From contig JANHCV010000003.1 in NCBI GenBank assembly GCA_025594325.1, forward strand, positions 1,302,001-1,366,000: DNA of 64,000 bases, read 5' to 3'. Both the position numbers and the translations under genes were made by a program. The stretch comes from Blastocladiella emersonii ATCC 22665. Taxonomy: Eukaryota; Fungi; Blastocladiomycota. This document shows positions 11,157 to 23,802 of this stretch, piece by piece. The stretch's first letter is position 1. Every line of letters begins with the position of its first letter. Below the pieces are notes generated by a model. That model was not told the origin of the DNA. It did no database searches and was given only the letters and a program-made list of their open reading frames with translations.

Positions 11157-13649
11157 TCAGGCAATCTGCGCGAGGAGCTTCTTGTACAGCTCGAGCTGGT
11201 CGAGCTTGACGCCCTCGGTCGACATGGTGCTCAGCACCGCCTCGTCGCGCGCCGCCGTGAATCGGCCGGCCCATTCTACAACCCCCCATTCGAGTTAGTT
11301 TCCTGCGCCCTCACCCGTGAGCACCGTGAAGTAACGCACCGGGATGCTGCGACTGGATGACCAGGATGAGCTGGACGGCGTTGAGGCGGAACTCGATGGC
11401 GTTGGACGGTGCGAGGAGCTTGGCCGCGGCAGACGCGAAGCTGTCAGGCACCTCGACGGCCGCCGCGTTGGCCGACTTGCCGAGCACCAGCATCAGCGCC
11501 ACCACCGCCTCGTTGTACACCACCTCGTACGGCAGGTGCAGCAGCTGCCACAGCGGATGCATCGCCTGCTCGCGGATCGCCTCGAGGCAGTCTACGTGCG
11601 TGAACGAGTGGTCAGTTTTCTCAAAGCAGCACGAGGTGACCGTGCGAAAGACGTACCGTCGGCCTGGAAGTTGACGGCGCCCTTGATCAGCGACCCGACG
11701 AGGCGGCCGACCTCGCACTTGATGGCCGCCTGGTCCGAGTGTTTGGCGTAGCACTCGAGCGCGACCGCCAGCGCCGTCTTGTGCAGCGTGTTGTGGTTGG
11801 ACGTGACGATGGCGCGCATGTTGCGCTCTACATCGCACACGGGTCAGCAAAGTTACCGCGGCATCTCGCCCAACTCCGCGTACCCTCGGAACTAAGCAGT
11901 CGGTTGATCACCGTGGCCGTGAGCGCCACGTCGGCCACGGGGCTGAGCATGTACGGCATGACGGCCTCGGTCACCGACAGCTGGCCCAGCAGCGCCTTGT
12001 TGGCGGCCGGCATGGCAAAGTGGCGCAGCGCCGACAGCGACGCGAGGTGCACCTTGGCGTTGCTCACCACCCCAAGAATGTGCATCAAGTCCTTGGCGAA
12101 CGAGTGGTCCTGCACCAGCGCCGTCGAGTTGGCGTCTACACACGCGTTGTTAGTCCCCGCCTCCTCCCTCCTCACTGCGGGAGCCAACAGGTACCCGACC
12201 GCGCAATGTTGCCGAGACACAGCGCCGCGCACACGACGAGCTCGGCGGCCTTGGAGCTGAGGATCTCGTCCGGGTACGTCATCCACCCGTGGAACTTGCC
12301 CAGCACCTCCTTGTCGGCGACGAGCGCGGCGACCACCTCGTCGTCGTGCGTCAGGTTGACCACGATGCGCAGGCACGAGTCGATGGCCGCCGTGTTGTCG
12401 TCGTCGTCCGAGTTGATCTCGGCGTTCACAAAGTCCTCCATCAGGCGCAGCACCGTGTTGAGCACCTTGCGCGCGTGCAGGCGTTTCTGCACGATGGCTG
12501 CGGACCGTAGGGAGTGTGAGGTTGGTTGAGGTGGGACGCTAGGTGGAAGGAGGGCGTACCGTTGTCCTCCGAGGCAACCTCGAGCGTCTCAATAATGTAC
12601 AGCAGGTGCTCGTCTTCGGTCGTCGCCGAGGACTGCAGCAGGTCGACGAGCTGGTCGATGCCGCGCTCCGACACGAGCGCGTCGCGGCCCTCCTCTACAC
12701 ACATCGAGGGTGGAATGTCAGCTCAATAGTTCAAACGACGTAACGTTGGGCGTACCGTGCTGCGCAATCACAGTGATGAGGTGGAGGAACACGGTCGCGA
12801 GCGGGTTCGACTTGCGCAGCTTCTTGAGCAGCCGCGGCACGATCTGCATGTCGACGAGCTTCTTCTGGCCGGCGGCTACACAACACGGGCAAGATCAGAG
12901 AACCGCGCGTCGAGCAAGTGGCGAAGGACGAGCGTACGGTATTCGATGGCGAAGTTGACGAGCAGCGCGATCCCGGACATGGCAAACGTGAAACCCTCGT
13001 CCTCGGCCGAGGCGAAGTCGGCGTCAATGTTCTTGGCCACGGCGGACAGCACGTCCTCGAGCTCGAGCAGGGCGTCGCGCATGTCCTCTACACGGCAGCG
13101 TTAGCGCTCGGTCATTCCGACCCAAGAACCCAGCGTACCGTGCTCAGCGCACAGGTTGCACATGGCGCGGTGCACCTGGTGACGGTCCGCGGGCGCGAGC
13201 GAGTCGCGCAGGTAGATGGCGCCCAGCGCCTGCATTACGGGCGCCTTGAAGCCATAGCGGCGCGACTCTAGAGCAGAGCAACTCGTTTGAGTTCTCATGA
13301 TCCTAAACGAGGCAGCGGTGGCTCACGCACCGTCCTTGGCGAGCTCAGCGAGCAGGCGCGCCGTCTCGACAGCAAGCGCGTCGTCGGGCGTCCCAGCGAG
13401 CACCTCGTGGATCGCGGCATCGACCTGGGCGGCGTCGGCTAGGCAGCGACGAGGGGTTACCGTCACGGTTCGGTCTCGCTCGAACAGCAGGGCAGCGGCG
13501 GCGTACAGGCCAGCGCAGCGTCCTTGCCCGCGGCAGCTAGAAAGCCAGAAGCAAGATCAAGGTTTCCGGTCATCATTGCATCAAGTGGTGGTCAAAGTTC
13601 TCGGGCGAGAGAGAGCGCGGAACGAACGGCGAGGAGCGCCCGAGGCCAT
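11157..13649 (-). CDS. Armadillo-repeat Rap1/Rho GDP-dissociation stimulator (SmgGDS/RAP1GDS1/Bem4-like), many short exons; start approximate
   Basis: ARM-repeat fragments across several ORFs: RAMCNLCAEH, ALCLGNIARS, LASLSALRHFAMPAANKALL (matches the SmgGDS ALRNLAIPxxNK motif) and CEVGRLVGSLIK. Last exon ends ...YKKLLAQIA* at 11157. Confidence 0.7.
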
Positions 13650-13793
13650 GGGGCAGCGCCGCCGGGGGCCACGCGCCGCGCCGCGCCTCCTCCGCCCCAG
13701 CACAACGAGCACTGACCGGCATCACGACGGAGGATCACAAAATTGAGGGCGTATATTTATGTATAATGTACAGAGCTGGGCTTCACTAGGGCG

Positions 13794-14393
13794 TTACACG
13801 ACGTCGTCAAACGACGCGAGGTCGGCGTCGCCGTCCTGGAGCGTCTCGCGGGTCGCCTCCATGCCGGCGGCGCCGCGGACGACGACGACGGGGAGCGGCG
13901 CGTCGTTCATGAGCGAGTGCGCGACGCTTCCGACGAGCGCGCGCGTCAGGACGGACCCCTCGCCGCGCGACCCGACGAGCAGCGCGTCGGCCTCGTACGA
14001 CTTGCACGCGGCGAGCAAGCCGTCGCGCGGTGCGCCCTCGATTACGACGACCGTCAGCGTGATGTTGGACTCGGCGATGGGCGCCGTCAGCTTGGTCAGC
14101 GTGCGCGTCGTCTGCGCCAGCGCGATCGCGTTCAGCTCACGCATGTTGGCCGCAATGTCGGGCTCGGTCGACGTCAGCGGCGGCGCAATGACGTGCACCA
14201 CCACGACACGGTCGCGCTTGGTCAGGAAGTGGCCCAGCGACCACGCCACGGTCGCCTTGGAGTGCGGCGAGCAATCGAGTCCCATGACCACGGTGCGGTC
14301 CGTTGCGACGGCCGCGCTCGGCTTGGTCTCGAGGACGACCGTCTCCTTGAGGGCCGGGACGGCGGTCGACTCGACGGCGATGGAGTTGGTCAT
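13794..14393 (-). CDS. Universal stress protein (UspA domain), 199 aa
   Basis: VVMGLDCSPHS, VVVVHV, GAPRDGLL, LLVGSRG, VGSVAHSLMNDAPLPVVVVR. Confidence 0.9.
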   Translation of the reverse strand: MTNSIAVESTAVPALKETVVLETKPSAAVATDRTVVMGLDCSPHSKATVAWSLGHFLTKRDRVVVVHVIAPPLTSTEPDIAANMRELNAIALAQTTRTLTKLTAPIAESNITLTVVVIEGAPRDGLLAACKSYEADALLVGSRGEGSVLTRALVGSVAHSLMNDAPLPVVVVRGAAGMEATRETLQDGDADLASFDDVV

Positions 14394-14759
14394 GATGGCT
14401 GTTGCGTGCTTGATGGTAGGTTGATGCGTAGGCAGGATGAAGAGCAGCAGACACGGTCAGGGGCGGGCCCGCCCTTTATACTCTCGGAGACGGCCCTTGT
14501 GGCACCACACGACCAGCTCGGCCGCGAGTGGACAGACTCTGACGCGAGCGCGAGCGCACTCCCTGACATCACCATCGGCGGCGACGCCCGCGAAAACGTG
14601 GGCCTCGCGCGTCCACAGTCGACGTGCAGCGAGTCAGCTTCCGTCATTGGCCGCGGCCACGCATCGCGCGGCACATCCGATCAGCGTGGGCGCAGCGCGC
14701 GCGCGCGAGCAGGCAGCGGCGTCGGGTGGCGCTGCTGCTTCGAGACGCCTTCCGCCCCC

Positions 14760-15378
14760 GGGTGATTCAGCATGCGTCACCGTGAGAATATCGCCCGCTT
14801 CCCAGCCTTCGAAACCTCGAATTGGAGGCTTCGACGAAGCTGACGGTTTGACGAGCGCCAAGGTCGAAGCGTTTCTGAGATCCCCGTCCTCCAACGGCCC
14901 GCTCTCAGCACTCGAAATCCTGGAGCTCAAGGACGCGTTCAGCAGTAACGCGTGGAAGGCGGCGATCCTTGGCACGCTCCTGACCCCAAACCTTCGCGAA
15001 CTTGATCTCTCTGGCTGGGATTTCGACGACGAGCTCATGTTGGTCCTGTGCAACCGGATGCCGCGTCGACTTGAAACGCTCGAAATGAACGGGTGCGGGA
15101 TCGACGGCGAGCTTGTCTTCGCCTTTGCCAACGCTCTCCCCGTAACGCTCAAGTCGCTGAGCCTCGGGGAAACTCCGCTTCCCGAGTTGTGTACATTCAT
15201 GGTCTTGGAGCGCTGCATCGAGATTGGCGTGGAAAGCCTCTTGATCTCACAGATTCACGCTCCGGACACTTCGCTGTTTTGGGACGTTTACGACGACACG
15301 TACGGCGACGACGCCGACCGAATCCACTGGGACGATCTCGACGAACGAGTAGATGTTGCGCAGACTCGCGTTGTCTGA
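14760..15378 (+). CDS. RNI-like leucine-rich-repeat ORF with acidic tail; 5' end unresolved (possible fragment or pseudogene)
   Basis: LEILELK, PNLRELDLSGWDFDD, RLETLEMNGCGID and TLKSLSLGE repeats in the 3' part of ORF 14437..15378. The upstream part of that ORF reads like non-coding promoter sequence. Confidence 0.5.
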
Positions 15379-15613
15379 TTTGAATACACCTAATTTGCGG
15401 TTGACATCGTGATAGCGAGTAACTGCTCAACTAGGCCCACGGCGGTCCCCGACGTGCCGGTGCTTCGCATGAGACGGGCGATGCGTCACCGCGAGACGCG
15501 CCTCGGTCCCACTTGGCCGCGTTTCACGCCGCTCGCTGATCCTTTGCGCGCGCGCTGCTGCTTCGGTCCCCGCTCTCCCCGCATGCCCATGAATCATACC
15601 ACGCAGCACCAAA

Positions 15614-18557
15614 ATGGATGAGACTCCCCGCAAAGCGCCGCGGCTGACCTACGGAAGGCGCCGCACCCCGCTGTCGGCCCGCTCCAGCCTGACCGCGTTC
15701 CCCGCGAGTCCGCTCGCGGCAGCGGCCGTCCTGTCCTCGACCTCGCCGCCGGCTGCAGCTGCGGCAGAGACGCCGGCGCGCAAGCTGCAGCCACCCTCGT
15801 TGCTGGGTCCCGCCACGACGCCGACCTCGAACGCGCCGGGTTCCACGCCGCCCAGCGTGCCGGGTGTCGTGTACAACATCTCGTCCGACGAGGAAGAAGT
15901 GGATCCTGCTGCTGCCGAACTGTCGCGTTCGCGTACGCCGCTTGGAATCCGGGCCCTGCAGACCATGTACGCGAACGACCTCGTGTGAGACATGGCCCCC
16001 GTGAGCTCACCCATGGCTCCCGAGCGTAGCCGCGCGCGCCTGTCGCCGTCGATCACGATGACCGGTCGCTCGTCTTCTGGGTCCTCCGACTCGCTTCCCA
16101 AACCGTCCGACGACCCCTTTGACTTTGGCATGCCCGCTGCGCCCGCTGCGCCCGCTGCAAAAGCGGCCCCGCGCTCGAAACCCGCGTTCAAAATCCCGCG
16201 CTCGCTGCTCCCGCCCTCGAAGCCTTCGGCACCGCCCAAGCCGCCGCCCGTCGCTGCTCCCACCGTTGCTCGCGCTCCATCTCCACCCGCTGCTCCTCCT
16301 GCACTTCCCCCTGCGCCAGTGCCTCCAGCGCTGTCCGCCTCCACCCCCGCGCCTGCTCCCCGGCCGCCGGTGCTCAACTCGCCGATCCTCGTGACGTCGA
16401 GCCCCATTGCAGAGCCGCCAGCAGCCGTGGACCCCGAACCTGCACCCGTCCGCGCTCCCGAATTCATGGCGCCCACGTCTCGCCCCGCGTCCGCCTCGTC
16501 TTCGCTTCCGCTCGAGTCGCTCCCGGGCGGCAACGAGGACTCGCAGACCTCGCTCCTCGGCGGCTTCTTCGACAGCGACGAGGAGGACGCGTCCACGCCG
16601 ACCGGCGTGAGCCCCGGTCTCATGACGCTTCCGCCCGTCGGCATCGCCGCCATCACGTCGGGCGTCGCGCTTCCGACGCCGCGGGCGTCCAAGAAGCGCA
16701 AACTCTCGTCGTCGGGCATCGCCACGCCGAGCGCTAACCCGCATACCCGCGGTAACTCGCAGACAAGCGACGATGCGGTACGTTCTCTGCGCGACGTAGC
16801 GAAGCTCGGACATCTCACGCCATTTGCACACCGATCCAGGACATTTTCGGGTTCGGCTACGGCGAGGTGCGCACGCTGCACGAGATGCGCGAGGCCGGCG
16901 AGTCGCGCCGCGTCCAGGAGGACGCGCAATACTTGCTCGACGGCCTCCGACCGCATCAGCCTGCAGGCTTGCGTCGGCACAGGTACGGCGTTTCCACTCG
17001 TTACACGGCTGCCCGAATCCTTACGCGTTGCTCGCCACTAGCGCGCTCGACGTCGTGCGTAAGATGGCCGATGCGGCGCACCGCCGAGCCTTGGCGGTCC
17101 ACAACGCCATGAACCAGCTGCTCGAGGCGCTAGCCAGCGATCCCGACCCGGTGCGACTCATGCGTGTGCGATACCTTACAGGCGCAACGACTCTGACCCA
17201 CGCCGCTCGCGTAGTTCCTCGTTCGATGCTTCCTGCTCCTCGCCCACACGCTGCAGGCCGATACCGAGACGGCCAAGATGCTTTCACGCGAGCGCCGGCT
17301 CAAGACGTGGCTGTTCCTCCCGCACATGGTCGACCTGCTTGTCGCGCCCGATTTCAAGCCCGAGCCGCGCGACAAGAAGTCGATCAACCTGGTACGTTTT
17401 GCGCCTCAACCGCGCTCAGCAGTATCTGACGCACTCGCACTGCCCAGTTCAACCAACTCGCGGCACTCGTTCAAGCATCGCCCCTCCCGCCATGGGTCAG
17501 CGCGTCGCCCAACCCCGCGCGGTCCATGTGGCTGCTCCTGTCCCACGCGACGCTGTCGCAGGCCATGGACGTCGCCGGCGCCGCGCACCTGAGCAGCGTC
17601 CTGGAGCAGCTCCTCGACCTCGTCGCCCCGCTCAGCTACGCCTCGTGGACGCCCGACCAGCAACTCGCGCTGTCCCTGATCGAGCTCGCCTCGTTCGTGT
17701 CGGGCGACGCGAGCGACCACTTTGCGCGGCGGCCCGGGTTCGTCGAGAGCCTGGTCGCGCTCGCCACGTCGTGCCACCGCGCGCTCCTCGCCGCCGAGCC
17801 CGACGCCGACGCGGTCCCGCACGCCGCGCTGTACCTGACGCTGTGCCGGCTCGCCATCAACGTGACGCACGGGACGCCCGCGGCGGCGTCCGCCATGGCC
17901 GGGTCGCACGACTTTCTCGCGGGCGTGCTAGACGTGCTGACGCACGCGTCGGTGGCGCGGCCGGCCGTGTGGGCCGGGGTCCGGCGCGACCCGACGGGGG
18001 TGCGGCGGTCGCCCAACGCCGACGACGCGGGTAGCTACTCGCAGCAGCACCAGCCGCGCGACTACGGCTCGCAGGCGCACGCGGACCAGCTGCACGCGGA
18101 CCAGGCGACGGACCGCGCGAACCCGCGGCTCGTGGCCGTCGGCCTGCTGCTCAACCTCGCCGAGACGTGTCCTGCGGACCTCGGCCCGCGCGTCGCGGCC
18201 GTCGACGGCGCCGTGGCGGCGCTTGCGGGGCTCATCCACGACGCGCCGTCCGTCGGCGACGACGACGACGACATGCCGGGGTTGGTGACGCGCGAGCAGG
18301 TGCACCGCGAGCACACGACGGCCGTGGTCCGCGCGTTCGCCGCGGTGATCCTCGCGGTTGCACTGCACGCGATGCCGGCGGCCGAGCGGGCCGTTGCGCG
18401 CGGCGAGTCGTGGCGCGTGCTCGGCGCGCAGCTCGAGCAGTTTCTCGCGTACCAGGACGCTGGCGATGGCGAGGAAGCCGGAGGCGGCGGGGGCGGTGAG
18501 CGGGCGCCCGGGCTCGTGGACGGCGTGCTTCTGCCGGCGCTCGCGACGTGGGAATGA
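15614..18557 (+). CDS. WAPL: Cohesin release factor Wapl (multi-exon)
   Basis: N-terminal TYGRR (YSR-like) and DPFDFG (FGF-like) motifs, a disordered Pro/Ser region, and WAPL-domain start HEMREAGESRRVQEDAQYLLDGL followed by helical exons. A 63-nt intron 15967-16029 removes the in-frame TGA. Confidence 0.8.
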
Positions 18558-18592
18558 ACGAGTGAATCAAAACATGGGTGCTTTCTTCTATG

Positions 18593-19831
18593 TTACAGCC
18601 AATGGAGCTCCTTGTTCAAAAACTCAAAGACGATGAGGGCGGCGCCGTTGGTCGGGAACGAGCGCAGCTGGCACATCACGAACCCGCGGAAGAAGCCGCG
18701 CGCGCCCTCGGTGCGCCAGATATGTCGCGCGGTGCTCGCAATCGACGCGTACGGATTCGAGGTGCCCGGCGGCGGCGGCGGGGCGAGCGGCTGCGCCATC
18801 ATGCGGTTCTTGATCACGTCTAGAAGCGGCGAGGTGGGTGGTCAGTCGCGTGCGGCCTGGAACGCATCGCGAACGCGGGAGCGCAGGTACCTGCAGGAAA
18901 CGACGCGGCCCAGAACGTATTCGCGGCGAGCCCGCCGGCGAGGAACGGGACCCAGGCGTCGGCGACGCCGGCCCTGCGCAGACCCTGCGTGTAGACCTCG
19001 TACGAGCCCCACAGCAGCCAGAAGAAGGAGCGGAACAGGATGGTCGCGGGGAGCTGCTGCCACAGGCCGAGCACGCCGAGCCGGTGCGTCCGCGCGACGG
19101 CGCGCGCGCAGTCGAGCGGGCCGCGGAACTTGGTGGTCGATGCGTCGCCATACTGGACCTGCAGCTTGGCCTTGAGCAGCTCGACGGGCGCGGCAACAAA
19201 GGACACGGTGAGGCCCGCGCCGAGGCCAGCGAGCGCGTGCTGCGGGACCGTCAGCGGCGTGCCCTTGTCGTCCTTGAGCAGGTTGCGCAGGTTGGTCAGG
19301 GTGCCGAGCTGGACCGAGTCCATCTGCGGGTGACGAGGGTCAGGGCCGGAGCGAGCGGGTACCGGGTGGCACGATGGAGACGTACCACGGCCCAGCCGAT
19401 GAGCGGCGGTGTTGCGCCGCGGTAGAAGCCGCGAACGCCTTCCTACACGCAGTCGCTCGGCGTGAGAACGCAGCCGGCGACACGACGACCGATGGGACGG
19501 ACGGACCCTCCGCAGCGTTGCCCGCACGCAATCCATGGGCCCGAGGAAGCGGCCGTGCCCACCCTCGGTCTGCAGGCGGACCTTGATCGTGTCGAACTGG
19601 AGGGCGAGGGGTTAGACCCAGGCTGCACCGTGTCGTGCGACGTGGGGCCCACGTACGGGGTGTCCCACGACCTAGCGGGTGCGGGTTTCCGTCAGTATCG
19701 CTGCAATCCCCACGGCGAGCAGGTCGACGGACCATCTTGGTGGTTCCTGAGGCGATGCCGAGGACGAATCCACGGATCGTCAGGCCGTCGTTGGTCGGCG
19801 GGCGAGCCGGTTGGGACGTTGTCGCGGTCAT
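18593..19831 (-). CDS. Mitochondrial carrier family protein (SLC25; carnitine/amino-acid/Ymc1-like), multi-exon
   Basis: Three carrier signature repeats: PLDTIKVRLQ, PVELLKAKLQ and P(A)DVIKNRMM; also GFYRGATPPL and GFFRGF. Confidence 0.85.
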
Positions 19832-20733
19832 TGGACAGTTTCTTGCGAGTCGGTGCGTTCTAGAGTTTCATTCAAGAGTGGTTGGGAGAGAGAGGGGACG
19901 GGTTGCAAGCAGCGGAGGCGTGAAAGGGGATCCGCGCTTCCGCGCACGGCCCGAGCAGACGCCCCGAGCGCGCGGACTCGCGTCGCGCATCAGGTGCCGC
20001 TCAGCCGATCGCAGATCTCACGTGCGAACACGACTCACTTTGGCACCACGTGGCGTGGCGCAGCGCGTCCGCGACGCGTCGCGTCCCGAGGTCGCGTCGC
20101 TCGCCGTTGCTGCCCCAGAAGTTCGTTGTCGACGTACTGAGCTCGCGTAGCGTACTGAGAGCTGAGTCTGGTCGTTGCCTGAGTTCGGTTTGGGAAACGC
20201 CGCGAGGCGCGCTCGAGCTCCCACCACCATCATGGCGAGCGGGGGTGGTGTTGATGCCGACAGAAGGAGGCGGGAGACAAGTAGTCAGGGATGTCTATTC
20301 CTGCCTTCGGCCCCGAACCCAAGACGGGGAGAGGGGAGAATGGATAACAAAGCAGGGCGCGCCGCAGCGGGGTGCGGCGGCGCGGGAGCGAGGGTTGCGG
20401 GCGGCTCACGCGAGATCAGATGATTGATCACCGCGGTCGTGGCCACATGAACGACACGCAACAGGTGGTGGGTGGGTGGGCCGGCGCGCGGGCTGCCGGC
20501 GGCGTGGGCGGCAGCTGCAGGGGGCAGCAGCGACTTGGCGGACGTGTCCGAGGCTCGCTGCGTAACCAACTGGCGCCGCAGCTGGTCCTCGGCGAGGTTT
20601 GAGAGATCGCTGAGCATGCGCTGCTGCGCGGACGTGTAGTCGGGTCGTCGCGGTGGACCAACGATCAAGCGGCTTCGACATGCGGCTTGGCGGTATGAAT
20701 GACCAACATTAAGGAATAGTGAAATAACATGTA

Positions 20734-21210
20734 TTACACGGAAGACTCATTTGGGGACATGGCGTAGGAGGTTGAGGCAACCTCCACATGAGCTTCCTTC
20801 ACGATAAAAAGAAAGTCGAAGTACAGACGGACGAGGATGGCAAAAACAACCAAGAGAAAGATGCACCAGCCATTCACCACCGGGTCCGCTGTGCCGACAA
20901 GAAAACTAATCAGAGCAAAAACACCGAACAGGAGAAGTGCTACGACCAGAGAGCCAGACGCAGCCTGCTCAGCCTTCCTGTGGCTCACAGGAATCGGATC
21001 CAAAATAACAAGCTCAATGAGCGGTCTGAAGCTCAGAATGCGGAAGATCAACCCTGCCATCAGGAAAGGGGCGCGCAGCACGGAAGATGCGTTCCGGGCA
21101 AGAATAGTCCAGAACCGCGAGGAGCGTGAGTTCGTAGGGCGTTGGAGATCATCACCGTCGTCTGCGGGTGTGTTCCCTGCAGGATGACAGCTGTAGGATG
21201 CAGGATCCAT
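20734..21210 (-). CDS. Hypothetical small membrane protein, 158 aa, about 3 hydrophobic segments
   Basis: Intact ATG-to-stop ORF with hydrophobic stretches (LVVALLLFGVFALISFLV; WCIFLLVVFAILVRLYFDFLFIV). Codon usage is not GC3-biased like its neighbours, and no family was recognised. Confidence 0.4.
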   Translation of the reverse strand: MDPASYSCHPAGNTPADDGDDLQRPTNSRSSRFWTILARNASSVLRAPFLMAGLIFRILSFRPLIELVILDPIPVSHRKAEQAASGSLVVALLLFGVFALISFLVGTADPVVNGWCIFLLVVFAILVRLYFDFLFIVKEAHVEVASTSYAMSPNESSV

Positions 21211-23802
21211 GTCAGCCCGAACGTCTAGTGATTTTTCGAAAGCGATGGCTTGAATTTCCTGCTCAAGCGACTTGTTAGCAGTTGCGAAAAAGGCTAAATT
21301 GATGATTGTGGCTCAACGTACCAACGAAGTTTCGGCCGCTGCTTTGGAAGCCATTGGGACACACGGTCGAATGCGAGAGGTGTGAGAGCGGGCGATGGGC
21401 GGGACTCGTGAATGAGAGGAGAGAGAGAGAGAGGGTCATCCCAACGAGCGGCCAAGAGTCAGGGGGCGCCGACTGGATGAGGACTTCCCATCACGTGGTG
21501 GGCAGTTCGGAGCGAGCCGGGAGGAGCCTGCAGCTCAGCCACGCGGCGCGGTGGGCAGTCCTCACTCAGCCACACCTCGATGCTCAGCTCCCTCGACTCG
21601 CCCTCGCTTCTCCTCGCCTCCGTGCTCATGATCCACATTGGATCACTTGTTCAATCAATAATAGTTTTTTGAGAAAGATGTTTGCTATAGCGCCACACGT
21701 TAGAGTCAGGCAAGCGCGAGGTCCCAGCATATAGACGAAAAGGGACCCACTACAAGTGCGCAATCAGTCTTCCTTGACTTTTTAGCTGCCCTTAGCGTCT
21801 CTCACTCAATTCATCACTTGAAAAGCTGCTGCGTGAAGTCGGTTCGCGGCCTGATCCGGGCCAAAATGGGGAGCCTGAGCAGCGTTCTTGACTTGGCAGC
21901 GCGTTAGTTGTGGCGCAACGCGATCACGCACCATGCAAGCACTCTCGCCGACTCTCAACGCCAACACATTCACTCCATTAATCTATTTGGGTCACCATCG
22001 CGTAGAGTTCTGTTCGGACTTAATCGATCATCGCGCCCTGGCGCTACGTAGTCGTGATTGTTCGACTGATGCGACGACTGATGCCAGCACGGCGCACACC
22101 GCTGGACGCGTCAGTTCCGCAGCCCGCCGATGGTATCGCTCAAAGGATGATCGCGATCAAGCTAAAACTAAACTTCACGCTCATGTTTGCAGAGCTGCCG
22201 CTCTTGAGGACCAAATGGTCGTTGGCCATGATCATCAACGCGGCTGCCTGCCAAAAAGAGCGGCGCGAATCGCACGCAGTTTACCAGCTCGCTCGTGGCA
22301 CCGACGCGCTCGGGGTTTGTGTCAGGGCCGGATCACGGCTGCTAATGATCGTCACAAGTTGGACACTGCGATCAACGACCAGCAAAGCGCCAGGAGCCAA
22401 CTTTGCGCGGAAGGCCCAGTTCGCAATGTTAATGTCCGCTTCAGCCAGATCGCGTTCCAGTCCCTATTGCTCGATCCAATCCCTCCATAAGCGTCTCGTA
22501 CCGCATTTGCTACGTACCGCGTTTGCTATGTCTGCGCGGGGACAGCCACGCCTTCAGCGGGGTTTCCTCGCGTCGTGTGACAGCCGTGCCGTGTTAGCGA
22601 GCGGGAGAGACTGGCGAAGGCTGCACACGACCAAGAGCTGCGGTTTCCGTCTGCCCATGTTATCTATCGATTTATGTTAAGTTTGCAGGGATAGGGTGCT
22701 ACTAAGGTCGAGCGAGCACTCGGCCGAGACGCGCGCGCAGCGCCGCGAGGGCGTTTTGGGTCACGTGTGTGGCTCGCGTTCCGGGTCCTTCCGCGTCGAT
22801 GGGCATGACAGGTCCAAGTGAGCACCGCCTGGCCAAGAGTTGGCTTCTCTTGGCCGCATTCACGCACAAGCCTCGCATCGCTTCGCCTCACGTGTTAGTC
22901 AGTGACGTGGTGTGACCACTCAAGCCAAGCCACCAATGACGGCTTCACACATTTGTGACAAAAGTGAAGCGAGGTCTTGGTGTCAACGGGCACAACTGCG
23001 TGATGATTCTTTGAACAACACAAAGTAATTAGAGGCTTCATTAATGTACGGGTTGAAGGTCGCATCAGTAACGCATCAAAGCCAGGGGACGTACCCGCGT
23101 CGGGCTGCAGGCGGCTTCGTTGAACGTCATTGGAGTCGAGCGTGGCCAAGCAGACTCGGGAGCGAGGATTCACTTACACGAAGCCTTCAACTTGCTCCGG
23201 GTTGAGTGAGCTTGGGGCCTTTTAAATGCAGCGCTTGCATACTCCTGCATTCAACCAACCTGTAGCTGCACTTGGGCTCAGAGAATGCACGCATAACTAA
23301 AGCCACAGTCACATGTTTGCGAACAAGCCTGACTACAGTGCATTACGAGAAGGTGTTCTGACTGCTCAGAGATGAGGAGTCCGGGCGACAAGGGCCCGAC
23401 GAGACGCGATGTTCATGCGCACGTGACCAAATCTCTCACTCCATCACCCGCATGGCGGCTCCCTCTGAGCTAAATCACATAATCGGTTCATGAAACGTGC
23501 GCTTGTACTTCATCTCTACACGAAGGTGAGAGCCCGTACCATCGCAATACATAACCATCCGCTACTCGTTACCCGTCATCAAATCATGGAACAACGAGTT
23601 CACGAGCCTCCCAACGATTCTCGCATGATCCCACGACACGATCGTGGGCTTCAATGTCGTGCGAGGCCGTGGTATCATCGCATTTTGCTCGGAGCGTCCC
23701 ACATTCGCAGCCTTACGCACTGTTCTGGGCTCTGAGTTCAAGCTGCGCAAGATCGCCGCAGTGAGGTCAGTGCGACGTTTTAGTACCACGAGTCAAGCAA
23801 GG

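Noticed and set aside
15986-15994. In-frame TGA between the Wapl N-terminal ORF and the next ORF (readthrough or selenocysteine?)
   Set aside because: A 63-nt GTACGC...GCTCAC...CGTAG intron (15967-16029) removes it while preserving the frame.
20285-20668. 127-aa minus-strand ORF upstream of the mitochondrial carrier
   Set aside because: No recognisable motif or clear splice partners; cannot be distinguished from chance.
21415-21433. (GA)n microsatellite
   Set aside because: Short simple repeat of a common kind; no further significance.
21888-22680. ORFs of 200 and 208 aa in the low-GC interval as transposase or viral genes
   Set aside because: No recognisable DDE, RT, integrase or capsid motifs, and no codon bias; kept only as part of the unexplained interval.
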